From contig AP026126.1 in assembly GCA_030295235.1 (NCBI GenBank), positions 124,001-188,000 on the forward strand: a DNA stretch of 64,000 nucleotides, written 5' to 3'. The stretch comes from Fistulifera solaris. Lineage: Eukaryota. Positions 35,273 to 48,600 of this stretch are shown here, piece by piece. The notes under the pieces were generated by a model, which had not been told where the DNA came from, ran no database searches, and was given only the letters and a program-made list of their open reading frames with translations. Made by a program: the position numbers and the translations under genes. The stretch's first letter is position 1; each line of letters begins with the position of its first letter.

Positions 35273-37636
35273 ATGAGTATGGAAGAGATCGACGACGGAA
35301 CATCACACGTCGAAGGTGATTCAATGGATGAAGCTTCAAGTATTGTCAAGGACTCTCAGGAAGCTGAAAGTGCACCCCAATCGTTTGATTTGCTCGAAAT
35401 TGACGGACCTTTTGAGTCAGTTGCCGAGCCACAAAGCCATTTTAACGGTGATTCAACTCATGTTGACTTATTGAATGACATTCATCCTCTTGATGCTGAG
35501 ATACCGACGCTGCAGGATAACGACGACCCATTTGGCTTGGCCTTGCCTCATTCGACAGACAACTTGACGGAACCTCCATCATTACTCAACGTCGAGCCTG
35601 TTGCTCCCAATCTCTTAGGAAACGAAAATTCGAAGCAACCAAGCACAGAAGATGATGAATTGATGAAGACGTCGGAAGCCGAAAACTCTAACCAGCCGTT
35701 AATTCACGATCCAAGCAGAAATGGTACGGCAGATTCTAGGAATAACTTGGTACCTTCAGAAGATACCAGACCTACTCCACTTGACGGTGAGCAAAGGGAC
35801 GAAACCTTGCCAGAAAAATCACAGTCCACGGTTGCATTGCACGTTGAAGGAAATTTTCTTGCAGAAGTGCCAGCAGAATCTGCCGTATCTATCAATATTT
35901 CAGACGTGACCGGCGACACAGTAGAGGAATCGACCCCCAAAGAACCCTTAACAAGTGCGGACATGAAAGTGAAGCAGCTACAGCGCGAGCTATCCGATGC
36001 AAAGGCAGTGATTGATTTGTTAAAAAGTCAACAAAATGACGCTCTTGTACAAGAACTACAAAGAAAGCTAGAGGAGCAGATGAGCCTCAAGGCAGAGGCA
36101 GAAAATCAAGCGCGTCTGTGCACCAAAGAAATCAATGATCTCAAAGCAATGAATGATAAAATGGTTGCCGAAATCCAAGATTTTCAGGAAGTGAGAGCAA
36201 ATGTTGAGCAACAAATGAGCACGAAAGCTGAAGCAGAGAATGAGGCTCGCCTTGCCAAAAAAACGTGCAGCGGCCTTGGAATCCGAACGCAAAGAACTCC
36301 AACAACGCTTGAACGAACTTGAAAACTTTAAAGAACAAGAAAGTAGTGCAGCGAGTGAGGCTGAAAGCAATGCCAAGCTTGCGTTTGACCGAATCGAGGA
36401 GCTCGAGAAAAACTTGAGAGACCGCGATGGAAGGGTTGACGCTTTGGAAGAGCAGCTTACGCAAGCATGCCAGGAGGTGGAATCGCAACGCCATGAGCTC
36501 CGCAAGTTGCGCGAGGAGCGTGAAGAACTGCTGAGGAAAGAAGTGTCTTTAACTAGCCGTCTTAATGCTGCAAAGATGAAAGAGTCGGATAAATCAAATC
36601 TAGCGGAGCAATTCGAGAGTGAGATTACAGCAATTGAAAACGAATTGAAGTCAACAAAAACAGCATTGGTGGAAATGACTACTTCGAAGCAGAAATTGGA
36701 TCAGCAACTGGAAGCACTGAAAGCCTCTTCCACTGAACGCGTGAAGCACGCGGAGCATGCTTTGGCAGAAGAACGTCGTCTCAACGAAGAGCGGAAGAAG
36801 AAAATGAAAGTTTTTGTTGAAAACAAGGCTGAGGAGCTTCGTCAAGCTAAAGAGGAAAATGACGCGCTTCAGCTTGAAGTTAGTCAAGCGAATAGTTCCC
36901 TTTGGAACTCAACAACAGATGGAAACAGGTACAAGCTCAATACGTCCAGTCTCAAAGTCGAAATCGAGAACTTCAAATGGATTTAAACCGAATCATAAAA
37001 GATTCAGAAAATCTTCATAGAGTTGGTGACACTCTTGAAATGAAGCTTTCTAAATCGGCCACCGAAACGGAAGAACATAAGAATAAGCGTTTGGCTGCAA
37101 AGCATGAGCTCATGACCGTCTTACGTAGCCTAGAGAACGAAAAGAAGTTAACAGCAAGGCTACGGGATACCATTAAGTTCACCTTTACCCCGAAGGCATT
37201 AAGTCAGCAAAAACTGTTGCAAGAGAACCTGGACGATTTCGAATCGCAACTTCAAAAACTCGCCCAACGACTAGGCAAACCAATCCCTCCGCCAACATCT
37301 ACTATTTTAGACTCATCCGAAACGGAAGCAGGCAACGACAACGATACGAGTTCTGACACAGACATTGAACGCCTTATTGCCAAGCTGGACCGAGAAACTC
37401 AGGCTGTAAGCCAATGCATCATGGAACTCTCAGGGAACCTAGAAAGGATGCACCTGGTATTAGATTCCAACGGGGAACGAACATGTGTCTCGGTAATAGC
37501 TGAACTATTACTGACGGGGGGGAATATGACAAGCCCAGCTGCGCTTCAACCGGAAGGAAATATTTTAGGTGGACAGACACGCTTAGGGAGTCGTCACCGG
37601 TATGGATCTGTACCTTCGTCAAATACACATAACTAG
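35273..37636 (+). CDS. Long coiled-coil protein with acidic disordered N-terminus
   Basis: ORFs 35243-36322, 36240-36986 and 36902-37636 join by single-base shifts (A-run ~36260, ~36900). E/K/Q/L-rich heptad pattern. Confidence 0.82.
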
Positions 37637-37830
37637 CTTTTTTTGTCAAAACTGAGTTGGCGATTTTGCGATGACTTCAAAGGTTTACGGAAAGCTACGG
37701 AAATATATTCTTTGGGGACGTAGCCATTCCAAGAACGTTTCGTTCACTCTTACTTGGGTGCATAAGGCTCTTCCAATGCTTGAGTTGATCAAATACTTTC
37801 AAGCAAAAAGTAGTCGAAGCCACACAGCCG

Positions 37831-38832
37831 TTACTTGTCAAATTTGTGCACTGTCTTCACTGCCAAGCATGCCGACGTGGCTCTTTGAAGACAGGACATC
37901 CATTCCTCTCGACTAAATATATCGTCACTGGCGAGGTGCCAGACCAGTCTTCCACCAAGCGTTTCGACTGCCCAGGCATACTTCTCCCCGTCGTTTACAA
38001 CGGCGTGCATCTGTTTGAGGTCAGTCAGAGCTAAGCGGTGCTTCTTATTTGCAGTGTTCTGTTTCCTTGAGTTATTATCATCGTAATGATGGAGGATATT
38101 AGACGACAAGACAAAGAAACGGCGGTTCCAGTAAGGTCTGCCTCGCGTGGATACCTCTTGTTTCCACAAATAACCTGCTTTCCGCATATGTACAGGATTT
38201 ATTGTGATATTTGTATCACGACTCGCCTGTAAATTGTTTTCTTTCCCTTCCATCACTAATTGGGCTACTTCGTAGGCTATGTGCGCGGTAAGGCCCGTGA
38301 TTCTAAAGATTTCTCGACTGCCTTTCGGTGTAAAATGATATTCTCGCAAGCAAAAGTCTTCTCCAGACCACTTGACTTGATAACTTGAAATGGGGGGCTT
38401 CAAAAATAGATCCAGAGGGACAGCAAAAACTGCTTGTACCTCGCATACATTAGCCTTGCAGTTTCCCACATCGAACAAGCCATCAGCCCATGCAACAACG
38501 GGTGTAACGCATAAGTGATGCAGCGATTCAATGGTCCGCAAACAAGCCATGGGAGTGACAAAATTGGGCTTGAGACCAACCTCCTCATACGCTTCTCTCA
38601 ATGCCGTTGCAATGTCATCCGTGTCCCCTTCATCGCGACGCCCACCAGGAAAACAGCATTCTCCTGGATGTGACCGTAGCGAAAAGGAGCGTTGTGTTAT
38701 AAGCGTTTGTATTTCATTTTCAGCTTCCCACAACAGCACCAGAACACTTGCGCGTTTCAAAGATTGATGATGTGCGCACTCTTTCGTTTCAAGGCCGCAA
38801 GCTTCCAGCCGTTTCCGACAAGCCAAAGACAT
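37831..38832 (-). CDS. Nudix CoA diphosphatase (NUDT7/PCD1-like) fused to a PH domain
   Basis: ITQRSFSLRSHPGECCFPGG..DEGD..DIATALREAYEEVG, EVQAVFAVPL, ITGLTA; then KAGYLWKQ...WNRRFFVLS..ILHHY...SREEWMSCL. Confidence 0.85.
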   Translation of the reverse strand: MSLACRKRLEACGLETKECAHHQSLKRASVLVLLWEAENEIQTLITQRSFSLRSHPGECCFPGGRRDEGDTDDIATALREAYEEVGLKPNFVTPMACLRTIESLHHLCVTPVVAWADGLFDVGNCKANVCEVQAVFAVPLDLFLKPPISSYQVKWSGEDFCLREYHFTPKGSREIFRITGLTAHIAYEVAQLVMEGKENNLQASRDTNITINPVHMRKAGYLWKQEVSTRGRPYWNRRFFVLSSNILHHYDDNNSRKQNTANKKHRLALTDLKQMHAVVNDGEKYAWAVETLGGRLVWHLASDDIFSREEWMSCLQRATSACLAVKTVHKFDK

Positions 38833-39515
38833 GACGAATAGAAGGACCAAGCTTGATAAAAGCAACGCTACGGATTTCGTTCCACAGCTTGTACAAAGTA
38901 ATACGGACTCCCGATCATAACGAAACATTCAAAGAAAAAAGGTACCGTACCGGTAGTTGCGTGAGACGTACTCGCGTACAGACATCAAAGTCATTTTTAT
39001 TACTCCGTATTGTTTACGATGTGGTCCAAAAGACAAACGAAGCCACAATTCAACACCACGCTTTCCCTAAGGGCATTGTTCTCTTTTGGAAAGAATAGCA
39101 GTGTCGTCCAGATAGGATTGTTAATGCTTAAACTGGGGAAATGCAGTGCGCCAAACACCGCAACGGACAATTTTCATAGGTCGTTACGAGCTCAGATGGT
39201 GTAGGAGGGCTGCACCGCGAGATCCCGTCAGCTCATGACAACTTCGCTTCGAATGTTCTCTTCTTGCAAAGGCCGAAAACAGACAGATGGACTATATAAA
39301 AAATCTAATAGCATCAGCACAGAAAACAAAGCTCTGAAAAGCCCTTCGAAACTTGATATTGAAATCCAACTTAAGCAAATAAGGGAATAAAATTATAAAG
39401 GATAAGTGAATGTGGACAACAGCTGGCAGGACTGCTCACAGCTTGTCAAGCATTCATTTTTGAGATAGTGCACGCGGAACTATTACAACGAGACCAAATC
39501 TGAAAACGGCGCACC

Positions 39516-39765
39516 ATAAAAAGGGGTCCCCTGGCAGCAAAAATTCAAGTTAAGCCTATAATCAGATCCTTAACCAAAGGCTAAAAAAGTACTGTTACGA
39601 TTCGTAGACAATAAATTTTATAAGCGTTATTAAACAGTTCTGCTCATCGAGCTGCCCCGTGCGCGTCGTAGGACAAGTCTGAAGTAATAAATGGGGTCTC
39701 CTGCCGGCAACAAATGTAGGCTAAAAAGACTATAATCAGATCCCCTATCAGCAATGGCTAATATA
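39516..39765 (+). repeat. Imperfect ~70-bp direct repeat, two copies (39516 and 39687)
   Basis: ATAAA.GGGGTC.CCTG...GCAA.AAAT...CTATAATCAGATCC...GGCTAA occurs twice. Confidence 0.65.
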
Positions 39766-39849
39766 TGTGTCCTCGACCAGCTTTCAGTCATTTCATCGCA
39801 ATGCCTACAAATGACGTCGGGATTCTGTTCCTTCAGTCCTTACATCTGC

Positions 39850-42090
39850 GTTCTCCGATGCCATGCAAAGCAACATTATACATTTTCTATTAAAAATACA
39901 TATTATATTTGCATTTGCGTCACTTTGTTTGACTGATGTACTTGATATCGTGACGGCCGAATGAATCGTGTGCAATAGAAGCTCCTTTGTTGGAAGCATT
40001 ATTATTTTTTTAGCAGGACTATTCTATTCTCTTGATATTTCATATTATAAAGGTTAACACCAAGTTGCCCACAGTTGTGAGCATCCTTCGCTGGTATGAA
40101 TTGGGAATTGGGCGTTGGTACCTATAAAAATTTCATATCACGTGTGTTTGGGACTGTAAATTTCGCTAGGTATGATTTTCCGCCGGGAAAATAGAATCTG
40201 AATTTTTTATCGTCGCATCTGTCTTTAGCTGGACTGCAAATCGCAAATGTAATGGTGTTTTGAATCTCCTTCAATGCTTTTGAAACAAGACGGATTTATC
40301 GTAAACACATAACATAATTTTTTCCGCTGTCTTGCCAAAGCCGAATTTTTTACATCTTAGTAATCATCTCATCCTAGTTCCGATGAAGATAAAAACGAGA
40401 TGAAAGAACGGATCATGTATATTTAAGATTCATTGTTCTTTTTTAATGGAGTTTGAGTTATATGCAGGAAGAGTTCACCACCTTAGTCAATTTCTAGATT
40501 TCGAGAAAATCGCGTTGATTTCGTGTTTCTTCAATTCCGAAAACTTACACACAATGATTTTCGGCACTGAAATCGATTCTTTTCGATGACAGCATAAAAA
40601 AAACCATTGCGATTTAATTTGTTTTTTTAAGAAGCTTATATTTCCTGAAAACACAAAGTATATTGATGATAAAGATTATTCAAGAAGCAAGGTACTACGG
40701 TTTACATTTTTAGAAAATGACAACGGCATTCATTGGGACTTGGCTAAGTCTTTCTTCGGTTTAGACATTACGCATTCAACTTTATTCGGAAAAGTGAGTC
40801 TGTGAAGGATAAGCTCAGAATATCAAATTAGATAGAAGATAGGGTAAAGCAATACATATTGCTAACAAGCTTACAAATGATAAAGTCATTAAAACGTCTT
40901 CGATTTATTATTAGTAAAGGGAGAGCAGCAAGAGTAGGCGAGGGGTCGCCGTACAATGACAAATATGGCTGTATAAAATTTTTTTCTCCACAAAGGGTGC
41001 ATAAACCTGTGTCGATAATTTCCATGCATTTCACGCATTTCGTTTTTGTAGTATTAAATAGTCTCAATTATTTACTTAATTTCTTCTTCACAAGTTCGTA
41101 AGGCTCCCAGCTTCGAAATGGTAAATGGTGAGGTGATATGCGACAAAACTGTTCTTCCTGGATTATGCTGATGAAAATTGGAAGGAATAAATACAACTGA
41201 ATTAATGTTCCAGAATGGATATTTTACCTGGCTCGTCGTGATTAGGTGGATTGTTTCTGCCTCAACCATTTTGTCAACACGCATTTCACAGTGATCCTTA
41301 CTCCATTTAACAACGGAATGGTAATCTGCAATACTCCATTTTTGGTTGCTTTGGTAACATTTAAAGGAATAACCCTGGGTTTATCTTGAAATATAAAAGC
41401 TTTGGTTAAGTACACTTTCTGCAAATGATTCAATCGCGGCAAAGCCTGGATTGATGAAAAAGTGATACATCAAATCATTAAACAATTAACTTGAGTTCTG
41501 TGTAACTCATTTAAGGATTCCAATGAGCACTTTGAAATGTGTAATTTCATTTTCATCAATATGATCGCTCGTAAGGCTGGTTTAGGTCCTTTTCTTTCAG
41601 TTCTTGTTCCAGAATATTATTCGCTGCCTTCAAGTACTTATCATTTATCACGGATCACCGTTTCAATCGTTGTTTTTCAAAGAGAGACCTGGCAAAACTC
41701 ACTGAGTTGTTGCTTTTGCACATGATGTAACCAAAGTGGCAAAGAATGATCGTATAGCATTATTTATGTTAATAATTTGAAACAAGGTAAGCCCAATGGT
41801 AAAGCTCCGAGTAACTCCTCATTCTCCGAAATTTTTGGTTTCATCAGAGCTCGCTTTAGTCTTTCCCTGGTCCGGTCAGCTAGCATGCCTCTGCGGAATT
41901 CAAGAGAAGGAATGCCAAGACGGTCAGTCTCTCAGAGAAGTGCCAGATAAGAATGTACTTGAAAAAGTTCAGTCGAATGTCAAGATTTCTGACCTTAGGA
42001 AGTTAGGAATAAATATTTGTATTTAGTGTGTGTCTTAAAAAAATCAATCTTCTGTCTGTTGTTTATTAAGTGAAATCATTTTAAATTCAT
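39850..42090. other. AT-rich island with decayed coding-like sequence on the minus strand; origin unknown
   Basis: Visibly lower GC than the flanking genes and no intact long ORF. One minus frame (~41070-41570) runs about 165 codons with only a few stops. Confidence 0.5.
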
Positions 42091-43000
42091 AGAAGGTCTC
42101 AAAGCATCTTAAGATGGGTGGGAAATGGTGGAGAGAGCACACAGCAAATTAAGGTTGTTGCAAAAGAGTTTGTGAGGGAACTGATGAAAAAGAAAGCCTG
42201 TTCTGTTCCTTTGCCCTGGAGTTTTTCCAGGTGTTCATCTACCCCGCTTTGGTTCTGTTTGAGCCTCTGGATTATGGCCGAAAGCTCTTGTTCAATCAGC
42301 AAATAGGATCGTATTACAAGATGAATAAATGTCACTATCTTTTGCCAGTATCACCAAGACTTCACAGAGCTCCTTTTGCTGCAGGTTTTGGGTGCAAGTC
42401 TTTTTGAGGAAAGCTCACAACCACAGAACACGCACAAACATGCAAACACAGCGGTCTTGTCATCCTTCAACATGATGATGTCAAAAACAAGTTCATGTCT
42501 CTCTGTGCGCAGGCATATGGCCCGAAAGCAGTACACAATGAACAGACGAATCACACATACAGCACCAACAATCAGAATGCACAAAAAGAACACAGGAACT
42601 TTGAGGCGACATTCTACTTACAGATTTTGGAGCAATCGCAAAACAACCATCTTTGATGTCCGTGTTACTGATACAGATGCCCCTTCATACAAGAATTGCG
42701 ATCCAATGAATGTACTTGCTTCTCAAGAGCTGGAGAAACAAAGACTCTCACGGACAGCCTTGCATGGACTGTTATTGGGTTTTCACGCCTCTTGTCTTTT
42801 CTGTCAACGGGCTTATGGGTAAACAAGCTGTTGCAGCCTCTCGCCAGCTTGCAAGAAAGCTGCCAAAGAAATGGAAGAGACTACTGTACTCCAAAATTTG
42901 TGGCTTTATCAGATCCTGTCTGAGGCTCTTGTTGGTTCAATCGATAAGCATGCTATTCGCGAAATCCGAGAGATGGCGTGCCACAGCACTATTCACCGCA
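42090..43000 (+). mobile_element. Decayed 3' fragment of a CRE-type non-LTR retrotransposon (zinc knuckle plus restriction-like endonuclease)
   Basis: EHAQTCKHSGLVILQHDDV, then RFWS...IFDVRVTDTDAPSY...VLASQELEK and FTPLVFSVNGLMGKQA...LARKL..KW...YSKICGFIRS. Confidence 0.8.
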
Positions 43001-43712
43001 CTGGGAATCTGGTGCAGGTTTGTCACTTTATTAAAAAATGTGGTACAGTGATTAGAAATCTGAGCTTCTAAGGACCAGAAGCCATCAAAAACAAAAAAGA
43101 AAAATGGAAAATTCAGACGAATGTCAAATTTTGCATTCTGACTGAAGGAATTTAGGAATTCTGATTTAATACTCAACAATCAGAACTTGCTTGACTGTGT
43201 CTACCTTGTGCTGTTTTGGGAAAAAGTGCTTAGCACAATGAGTCTCCAAGTCACAGTTGCGTTGCTGATTGCTTGGTCTGGCTGTTGTGATTGTTAGCTA
43301 TTCTTCAAGCAATTCATTTGCCACCTTTTCAACTGGAATAAAGTAGTCCTTTTCCAGGGAGTCCTGTAGAGTCACACCAAAGGTCACACCTCCATGTCCA
43401 AAAATCTCAAGGCTTAGGTACGTTCTTATCACTGCACATGTGCAGCACATCTGCACACCGCGCGCCGGCCTGCCATCGGATTGCAAAAGCCCCAAAAACT
43501 CACCTTCTTATCAGTGCACATTTCTTGTGCAACTGCACACCATTCTTTATGTCATAGCAGACATAAAATTTCTTAAATAATAATACCGCTTTCATTTCTC
43601 CCCCCGTTGTGCATTTCATCGCAAGTTGCTGCTCTTGTTTTTATTTTTGCCTAATGTTTTTAGCATTGCGCTTGACCATTTATTTAACTTCATGTTCTCT
43701 CATTTGTACACC

Positions 43713-44989
43713 ATGAAGCTCTCTACTCGCGAAGCCTATGAAGGTATTGGAAACGACCAAAACCAGTCGTTTCCTCGAAAACTCTGGAGGAGTGCATAAT
43801 GTTGAAATACGTTGCTCGAAAGAAGCTTCTAAGGAAATTGATGCTAGCCGCCAGTATTGTTTTAAAAGCAAGAGAACCCAAGGTAGTCTATGAACGTATG
43901 GACTGGGATCTCTATGTTCAACGGCTAATGAGACAATCCGAGAAACAGTTTTCCCGAAAGAACAGGATGCAGATCCAGTCATTTTTGTTGTTGGTCGACT
44001 TGATTTCGCCTCACCTTCCCGTTCATTATTTTTCTGGGATAGCAGGAACTAAGCCAATCCCAGTTGAGGTACAGGTTCACATGCTCCTCACGCTGGCTTG
44101 CTGGCGGGTCATACATCGACGTGAGCGATCAAATGGGTCTCAGCATGCAGTCATTTTACCGATTGCTCCATAAAGTGATGCAGGCGATAGTCAGATGTGA
44201 CGCCCTGAAACTACATTTTCCCACGACTCTGACCGAAATAGACGAAGCAGCTAAGAAGTTCAAGAACATTTCCTCGCATGGAATAATGAGTGGATGTGTT
44301 GGGTGCCTCGATGGATACCATTTAGAGACAAGAGCTCCTTATAGTTCGGAAACTAAAACGGCCATGGCTCATTTTTCTGGTCATTACAGTTCGTACGGAG
44401 TCAACATACAAGCTGTGTGCGATGAAAGATCTCGTTTTCTCTTTATAGATACTGGGGGGTTGGGAGTTGCAGTGATAGTCGAGCCTTCAACAGCACCCAG
44501 TTGCCAAAGTTGGTTGCTAACCTACCGTATTGGAAATATATAGTGGCCGGATAGTGCATACACGTGTTCAACAAAGGTTTTGACTCCTTTTACTGGCTCA
44601 CAGAGATCTGATCGATCAAAGAGCGACTTCAATTACTTTCTCAGTCAGCTTCGGATGAAGATCGAATGTGCGTTTGGTATGATGACGCAACGCTGGCGTG
44701 TACTTCGGTCCTTGGTCTTGATCAAACAAACCCGAATTTATACTTTTATTCAGTGTATTGCTCGGCTACATAACTTTTGTATTGACCAAAAGGACATGGC
44801 CCACACCTACTTTGATAGCCCACAAGGTAGGCGCCGACCAGCAGCAAGCGAGCCTGCAAACTTGGAACGCCTAGCGCAGGTCGCCCGCAAAGAAATTCCA
44901 ACCTTGTTCGGCAAGCAATCGTCGACAAGATCATTGAAAAGGGGGTAGCCCGAACCGCCCGTAACCTGACTAGAAATGGTGGATACTAA
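43713..44989 (+). CDS. Harbinger DDE transposase (frameshifted; start uncertain)
   Basis: RWLAGGSYID, GCVGCLDGYHL, FSGHYSSYGVNIQAVCD, DSAY, FNYFLSQLRMKIECAFGMMTQRWRVL, ARLHNFCID. Confidence 0.9.
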
Positions 44990-45031
44990 TTTGAGTAAGT
45001 TTAACTGTCATTACATAGGTTATGGTATTCT

Positions 45032-45560
45032 TTAAACCGCTTTATGTGTAGGATCGTTATCGGCTTTTGGAAACAGAATAGCTTTAAGCTCCTCTTTCCT
45101 ATTCATATACGTCGTCAAATCGCTTCTGTAATACTCCACACGGTGTTGCGGAGGATCGTTGTCAAGTATGACAAACAATCGTTCAAGACGATTGTCTACG
45201 TCTTTGAGTTCTTCCCATAATGCGGCTCTCTTCTCTTCTTGACGCTCTTCTTCAAGATCGTAAGTTGATTGAGCAAATTGCAACTTTTTGATCTCCAATT
45301 CATGCGACTGCTTGTGAAACTCAACCAGTTCCTTGATTTCCGATGATTCCGGTTCTCGATCGACCAACTCCTTCAAGATATCCGTGAAGGTTAGGGGACG
45401 GGGACTCCTTTTCTTGTCCGCAAACTTCGTCTTTTCGTCGCTCGTCACACCCCTTTGCAAAAATTGTTCGTCCTTCGTGCCACATCTTTCAAATTGCCGC
45501 GCGGCTGAAAACGATACTGGTACATCAAGCTGTTGATAACAAGCAACATAAAAGGCATTT
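45032..45560 (-). CDS. C-terminal part of the putative Harbinger second ORF (coiled-coil tail); no start codon or DNA-binding N-terminus seen
   Basis: Open frame convergent with the transposase, stops 42 bp apart, charged coiled coil (ELEIKKLQF...EEKRAALWEELKDVDNRLERL). Confidence 0.55.
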
Positions 45561-45661
45561 GGACTTGAAAAGATTACAATACGACTTGTCTTTACTTGTT
45601 GAAGCTGATCAGGAACGCATTTTCCCGTTGATAAAAAAAGAAAAAGAAAAAACACAACAAA

Positions 45662-48600
45662 ATGTCGTCCGCAGCAGCTCGTCAAGCCGGTGCAACCACG
45701 CTAACGCAAAATTCGGAAAACTTCGGTTACAGCCGTGTTCGCTTGCGTCGTATCGTCAAAATGCAGTTTGGAATTGTAAATCCTCTTGAATTGGTGCGTT
45801 GGGATCGCGATAAAACGTCGTTGAGGAGCTCTTTTATGACGTGCGAGACAGAATGTCAGTATTTTTTCTAACTCTTTTTGACCTTGGTTCTTTCTCTTAT
45901 CGTGTAACAGAAAGAATACAGTGTCACTCAGGCGGTTACGATCAACGGTCGTAAAGTCCCTGCTGGCGTGACTCGTTACGAAACAACAATTCAAGGTCAG
46001 CCTGTTTACGGTGGTGCGAATGACCCGCGGTTGGGTTCGTTGCATGACAAGTCGGACCCTGGTTATTTCGGTCACATTGAGTTAGCTCGCCCTGTCTATC
46101 ACCAAGGCTTCATTGATCGAACGCTTAAAGTCCTCCGATGCATCTGTCACAAGTGCAGCCGTATTCGTATTGCCGAAGATGACTTCAAGTACCAGAAGTG
46201 TGTGCAGATAAACAACAAAAAGCGGCGATTAGATGCCTTGGCAGAGCTTTTGCGCAATAAAAAGAAATGTGATCACTGTCAGGCGCCTTTGCCCAAGTAT
46301 ACGAAGACGGATCTTCATATCACGACAGAGATTCCGGTAGATGCTTTGCAAGGCATCGGGGGAGACTCGAAGCAGTACTTGAGTGGCGAGACGGCTGTCA
46401 AGATCTTGAAGCAGATTCGCGAGCAAGATATCCCCACATTGGGATTGCACCCACAGCACGCGCGACCTGATTGGCTCTTGGTCCAAGTCTTGCCGGTTCC
46501 GCCGTTGCACGTTCGTCCCAGTGTCATGGCAGGTGGGACGGCTTCGGAAGACGACTTGACGCATCAGATTGTGAATGTCGTCAAGTCCAATTTGAGTCTG
46601 AAGCAGGCTCATGAGAGCGGAGAACCTGACATCGTCAAGGAACAGTTCGAGTTGGCATTGCAGCACAATGTCGCGGCTTTTATGAACAACGAGATCCGTG
46701 GACTTCCGCAAATTACCCAGCGCAGTGGACGTCCCTTGAAAACGATTGCGCAGCGCTTGAAAGGCAAAGAAGGCCGCATCCGTGGTAACTTGATGGGGAA
46801 GCGAGTGGATTTCTCTGCCCGTACTGTCATTACTGCTGATCCCAACTTGGGTATTCAGCAAGTTGGTGTTCCTCGAAGTGTCGCCATGAATTTGACGGTA
46901 CCGGTAAGAGTCACCGCTTTCAACATGCACGAACTCAGTCAAGCCGTAGCGAATGGTCCGACGCAACACCCGGGTGCGAAGCATATCATTCGCAGTGATG
47001 GCACACGCATTGATCTGCGTTACGTGAAGAATAAAAGCGAGTTGATCTTGTCTCATGGATGGATTGTGGAACGTCATTTGAAAGATGACGATGTCGTTTT
47101 GTTCAATCGGCAGCCTTCGTTGCACAAAATGAGTATCATGGGGCACCGCGCCAAGGTGCTGGACTGGAGTACGTTCCGTTTGAACCTGAGTTGTACGTCG
47201 CCCTATAATGCCGATTTTGACGGCGATGAAATGAACTTACACGTCCCTCAGAGTTTGACGGCACGAGCGGAAGCCGAATTCATGATGCTGAGTCCACGAG
47301 TGGTGGTGAGTGGCCAGTCCAACCGTCCTGTGATGGGCATTGTGCAAGATTCATTGCTGGCCGTTCAAAAGATGAGTAAACGAAGTGTCTTTATCGAAAA
47401 GGACCTATGTTTCAATCTGTTGATGTGGGTGAAGCAATGGAACGGGAAAGTTCCGATGCCAGCAATCTTAAAACCCAAACCGTTGTGGACCGGAAAGCAA
47501 CTTATCAGCCAAATCTTGCCGCCCATTCACTTGCAAGCTAAGGCCAACACCGGTCCTGGTAAGGATGCGTCGGGCAAAACGATGCCTAATGCCTTCAACA
47601 TGTACGACAGTCAAGTGACTATTATTGAAGGGGAACTTCTACAAGGCATCATCGATAAGAATACGATTGGCAAGAGTATGGGCGGTTTAATTCATACAAT
47701 TTGGTTAGACCAAGGTCATGATGCCACTGCCATGTTCATGAACCAAGTCCAGCAGCTTGTAAATTACTGGATTTTGCAGTACTCTTTCTCGATTGGTGCC
47801 ATCGACGCTGTGTCAGATGAAGCCACTATGCGACAAATTGAAAGCACGATTGACAAAGCGAAGAAACAAGTTCAAGACTTGGTGCGACAAGGCCAGTTAG
47901 GCGAGCTCGAAGTACAACCGGGGCGTACCATGATTGAGTCGTTTGAGCAGTTAGTTAACAAAGTTTTGAACACGGCACGTGACCATGCCGGAAAGTCAGC
48001 TCAATCGTCATTGGATGAGACCAATTCAGTGAAAGCCATGGTTCAAGCGGGTTCGAAGGGTAGCTTCATCAATATTTCTCAGATCATTGCTTGTGTGGGA
48101 CAGCAAAACGTCGAAGGAAAACGTATTCCTTATGGTTTCAAGAAGCGCAGTCTACCTCATTTTTCGAAGGACGACATTGGTAGCGAGTCACGTGGTTTTG
48201 TTGAGAACTCGTATCTGCGCGGATTATCTCCCCAAGAATTCTTCTTTCATGCCATGGGTGGACGAGAAGGTCTTATTGATACGGCCTGTAAAACTGCTGA
48301 GACAGGTTATATTCAGCGCCGACTTGTGAAAGCAATGGAGACTGTCATGGCTAGGTACGACGGAACACTACGAACATCCTCAGGGCAAATCGTTCAGTTT
48401 CTATACGGTGAAGACGGAATGGACGCATGCTGGATTGAGAAGCAAAAATTTGATTCGTTGACGCTTAATAAGGCTGAACTAGAAGCTCGATATCGGATGG
48501 ACACCACCAATCCCGACTTCGGTCTTGACGAACAAGGGTTACCTTTTCTTGAATCCGAGGTGCTAGAGGACTGTCGCCGTGAGCCTGAAGTGCAGATATT

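Larger units (their letters stand above)
43417..45560. mobile_element. PIF/Harbinger DNA transposon; right end not found
   Basis: TTA followed by a candidate left end GGTACGTTCTTATCACTGCACA, subterminal TGCACA / CTTATCA.TGCACAT repeats (43417-43540), a transposase and a convergent second ORF. Confidence 0.8.

Noticed and set aside
41940..41962. GATAAGAATGTACT as the Harbinger right TIR
   Set aside because: It is a 12/14 match but lies on the wrong side of the left end and lacks subterminal repeats.
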